From: a virus
Lineage: Duplodnaviria; Caudoviricetes
Virus record (IMG/VR): IMGVR_UViG_3300020576_006930
Span: 1-64,000 of that record
DNA: 64,000 nucleotides
Strand: one strand, 5' to 3'
Of the stretch, positions 63,954-64,000 are shown one piece after another. Both the position numbers and the translations under genes were made by a program. The notes beneath the pieces are model-generated. The model searched no databases. It worked only from the letters and a program-made list of their open reading frames with translations, and was not told where the DNA came from. Numbering within the stretch: the first letter of the stretch is position 1; the number at the start of each line of letters is the position of its first letter.

Positions 63954-64000
63954 CCCGGCGTAATATATATTGTACACATAAATGAAGAACAATCTTCCAA

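Overview
Segment of a large (jumbo-type) dsDNA bacteriophage genome in the standard genetic code. The host is probably from the PVC group, likely Verrucomicrobia, inferred from a prepilin/H-X9-DG gene and an outer-membrane beta-barrel gene. (1) 57-5410: tandem array of 15 paralogous ~100-135 aa genes starting M(N/Y)GxLxW. (2) ~6.4-33.2 kb: early-type region of small ORFs behind ~30 near-identical sigma70-like promoters with leaderless starts, carrying an over-represented CCGCGTGG octamer and bracketed by two related GC-rich non-coding blocks. (3) 33.8-45.4 kb: a second paralog family, membrane proteins, tmRNA, a ~0.9 kb GOLLD-like RNA and an AAA ATPase. (4) 45.4-62.4 kb: RNA-gene cluster with ~37 of the ~39 canonical tRNAs, many tRNA mimics and unknown structured RNAs, HNH nucleases and an HNH-RNA ligase fusion. 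The main finding is two homologous leader-peptide transcription attenuators heading tRNA operons. The leader codons (MNNRWFNNIRRRN-GGG and MNISSKHQYKDSEPA-GGGA) match the tRNAs encoded downstream, suggesting a ribosome-based sensor that switches on phage replacement tRNAs when those tRNAs are depleted. All calls were made by eye; no searches or folding programs were run.
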